Origin: Paraspadella gotoi
Lineage: Eukaryota; Animalia; Chaetognatha
Direction of reading: 5' to 3'
NCBI GenBank assembly: GCA_051294375.1
Contig: CM119270.1
Location: 14,602,051-14,666,050, forward strand
DNA length: 64,000 nucleotides
Both the position numbers and the translations under genes were made by a program. Shown here in pieces: positions 62,460 to 64,000 of the stretch. Each line of letters begins with the position of its first letter. The first letter of the stretch is position 1. The notes under the pieces were generated by a model. The model was not told the DNA's origin and did no database searches. It was given only the letters and a program-made list of their open reading frames with translations.

Positions 62460-64000
62460 ATATAAAACGGTTGTTGACTACAATTTGAAAATGTTTAAAT
62501 TGAATTGGCTATTGTAGATACTTCTTGTTACTTTCAAGTTTTAATATTTTTGATATTCTTACTGTTACGCATTGAAAATTGCAATGTCTTTTCACGACAT
62601 TTCACACCGATATCAACTCCAACAACAACAACGACAAGGCCGACGAACCTATTCTCACTTCACGGAACCAATTCGCCGCCAAGCTCTTCAGCGTCGGGAT
62701 TTTCCAAGATGATTCATCCTCAGAAAAAAGAGACATTTTATAAAATATCGATAAAAACCCGAGGGGTCTAGAAGGGGGGACCTTGGAGGGGGTGGTGTGC
62801 TCGATTGACGACTCCGAGGGGCGCCTAATAGAGATCTTCGAGGGGAGCAGGCACTCCGATGGGATACAGACGAAATTGTTACAATGAAAACAGTTTTTTT
62901 ACTCATTTTTTCTGGGTTAATTGGAAGCGATTAAAATTTGAGGAAAAAAAAAATTTTAATGGAATCTTACGGTTAAAATTATATTTTTTCCGGACACTTT
63001 AATTTGTTTAATTAAATAGATTGCTCTTTAATTTGTTTAATTAAATAGATTGCTCTTTCCGTACGATTCCTAAAAAGTTTTTCCCCCTGATGAACTTTTT
63101 AGTTGAAAATATGAATTATTTTCTTTTTTTATCTTCGTTTTAATTGGTTTTTCCGAGATGCCCACCAAAAAAAAAGGATTCAACTGGGACGATTGAGTTA
63201 AAAAGAGAGAGAGATCGAGCCGTTTTTTAGTTAATCCAGTTACTACTACTTAGTATATTTTCCATTTTAGTAATTCCCGTAGTTTTAGTAAAACTCAGAA
63301 CTAAGACGGATTCTCTTGGACAGGCTTTGACGCGCGGTCAAGAGAGAGTCAACCAGTGGCCGTGCTCTTGTGACTCGCCTTTTAACGCCCAAACCGAGTC
63401 CCCTCTTCCATCATAATCAAAAATGAACAAAATCAAAGAGAGAAGTTTTAATCGTTTTTTCCGATTGATTAACTCATTAACAATTCTCCCCTTTCAAAGT
63501 GGTCAACGGGAGAGAGAGAGAGAGAGAGGAGAGACGAGAAGAGAGAATAGCATGAGGAGGAGACGAGAGAGAGAGAGAGAGAGAGAGAAGAGAGAGAGAG
63601 TGGCTCAAGGCTGAAACAGGTTAATTGCCATCTCTTTATCCCTTAGTCACGCCCACACGACGAATCTTGTAGATTTCTGTTTCTCAAATCTATTGATTTT
63701 CCGCTTCGTTTAATGGAGACGACGACGATGACGACGACGATGACGATGACGACGACGACGACGAGGATTATGACGCCGAGGAATGACAGCGACGACGAAG
63801 ACATCTCAAGGGAGACACAAGGAGAGAAGAAAAATTGTGGAAGGAACGTTTCGCTATAGAGAAAGGTTGTCGCAAAATTAGATAATAAATGCAATTGTTC
63901 TAGATGGGAGATGTCCGGACTCGGAGAGGTGGGTCGACTTCTCAAACTCGTCTTTAACATCTCTTCGAAGTTTATACGCAAAAATAGAGGAATAAAGTAA

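Noticed and set aside
61480-64000. Possible further gene at the window end
   Set aside because: Only short low-complexity ORFs, with no consistent splice chain or domain.

Overview
Eukaryotic (invertebrate metazoan) genomic scaffold with spliced genes, abundant (AG)n/(GAC)n microsatellites and seven N-gaps. No prokaryotic features, CRISPR or rRNA were seen. Exons were assembled by hand from GT-AG boundaries and reading phase. Genes: (1) the last six exons of an unidentified coiled-coil gene (+, 251-6773); (2) a ~2,700-aa SORBS/CAP/ArgBP2-family adaptor with three C-terminal SH3 domains and two Xin-like repeats (+, ~23044-34155); (3) a two-exon 279-aa orphan with an N-myristoylation motif and an RVxF PP1-docking motif (+, 39000-40056); (4) a polycystin-1-like gene (-), mostly in one 7.4-kb exon, preceded by small exons for a pentraxin/LamG-like domain that carry disablements; (5) an 8-exon UDP-glycosyltransferase (+, 54728-58294) with a mucin-like insert and apparent loss of both catalytic residues. 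Non-coding structure includes a ~7.6-kb palindrome (12617-~20255, probably a long-read fold-back artefact), a ~1.8-kb foldback/MITE-like element with an internal minisatellite, a dispersed ~165-bp repeat, a tRNA-derived SINE-like insert and a ~31-bp-period GATAA array.
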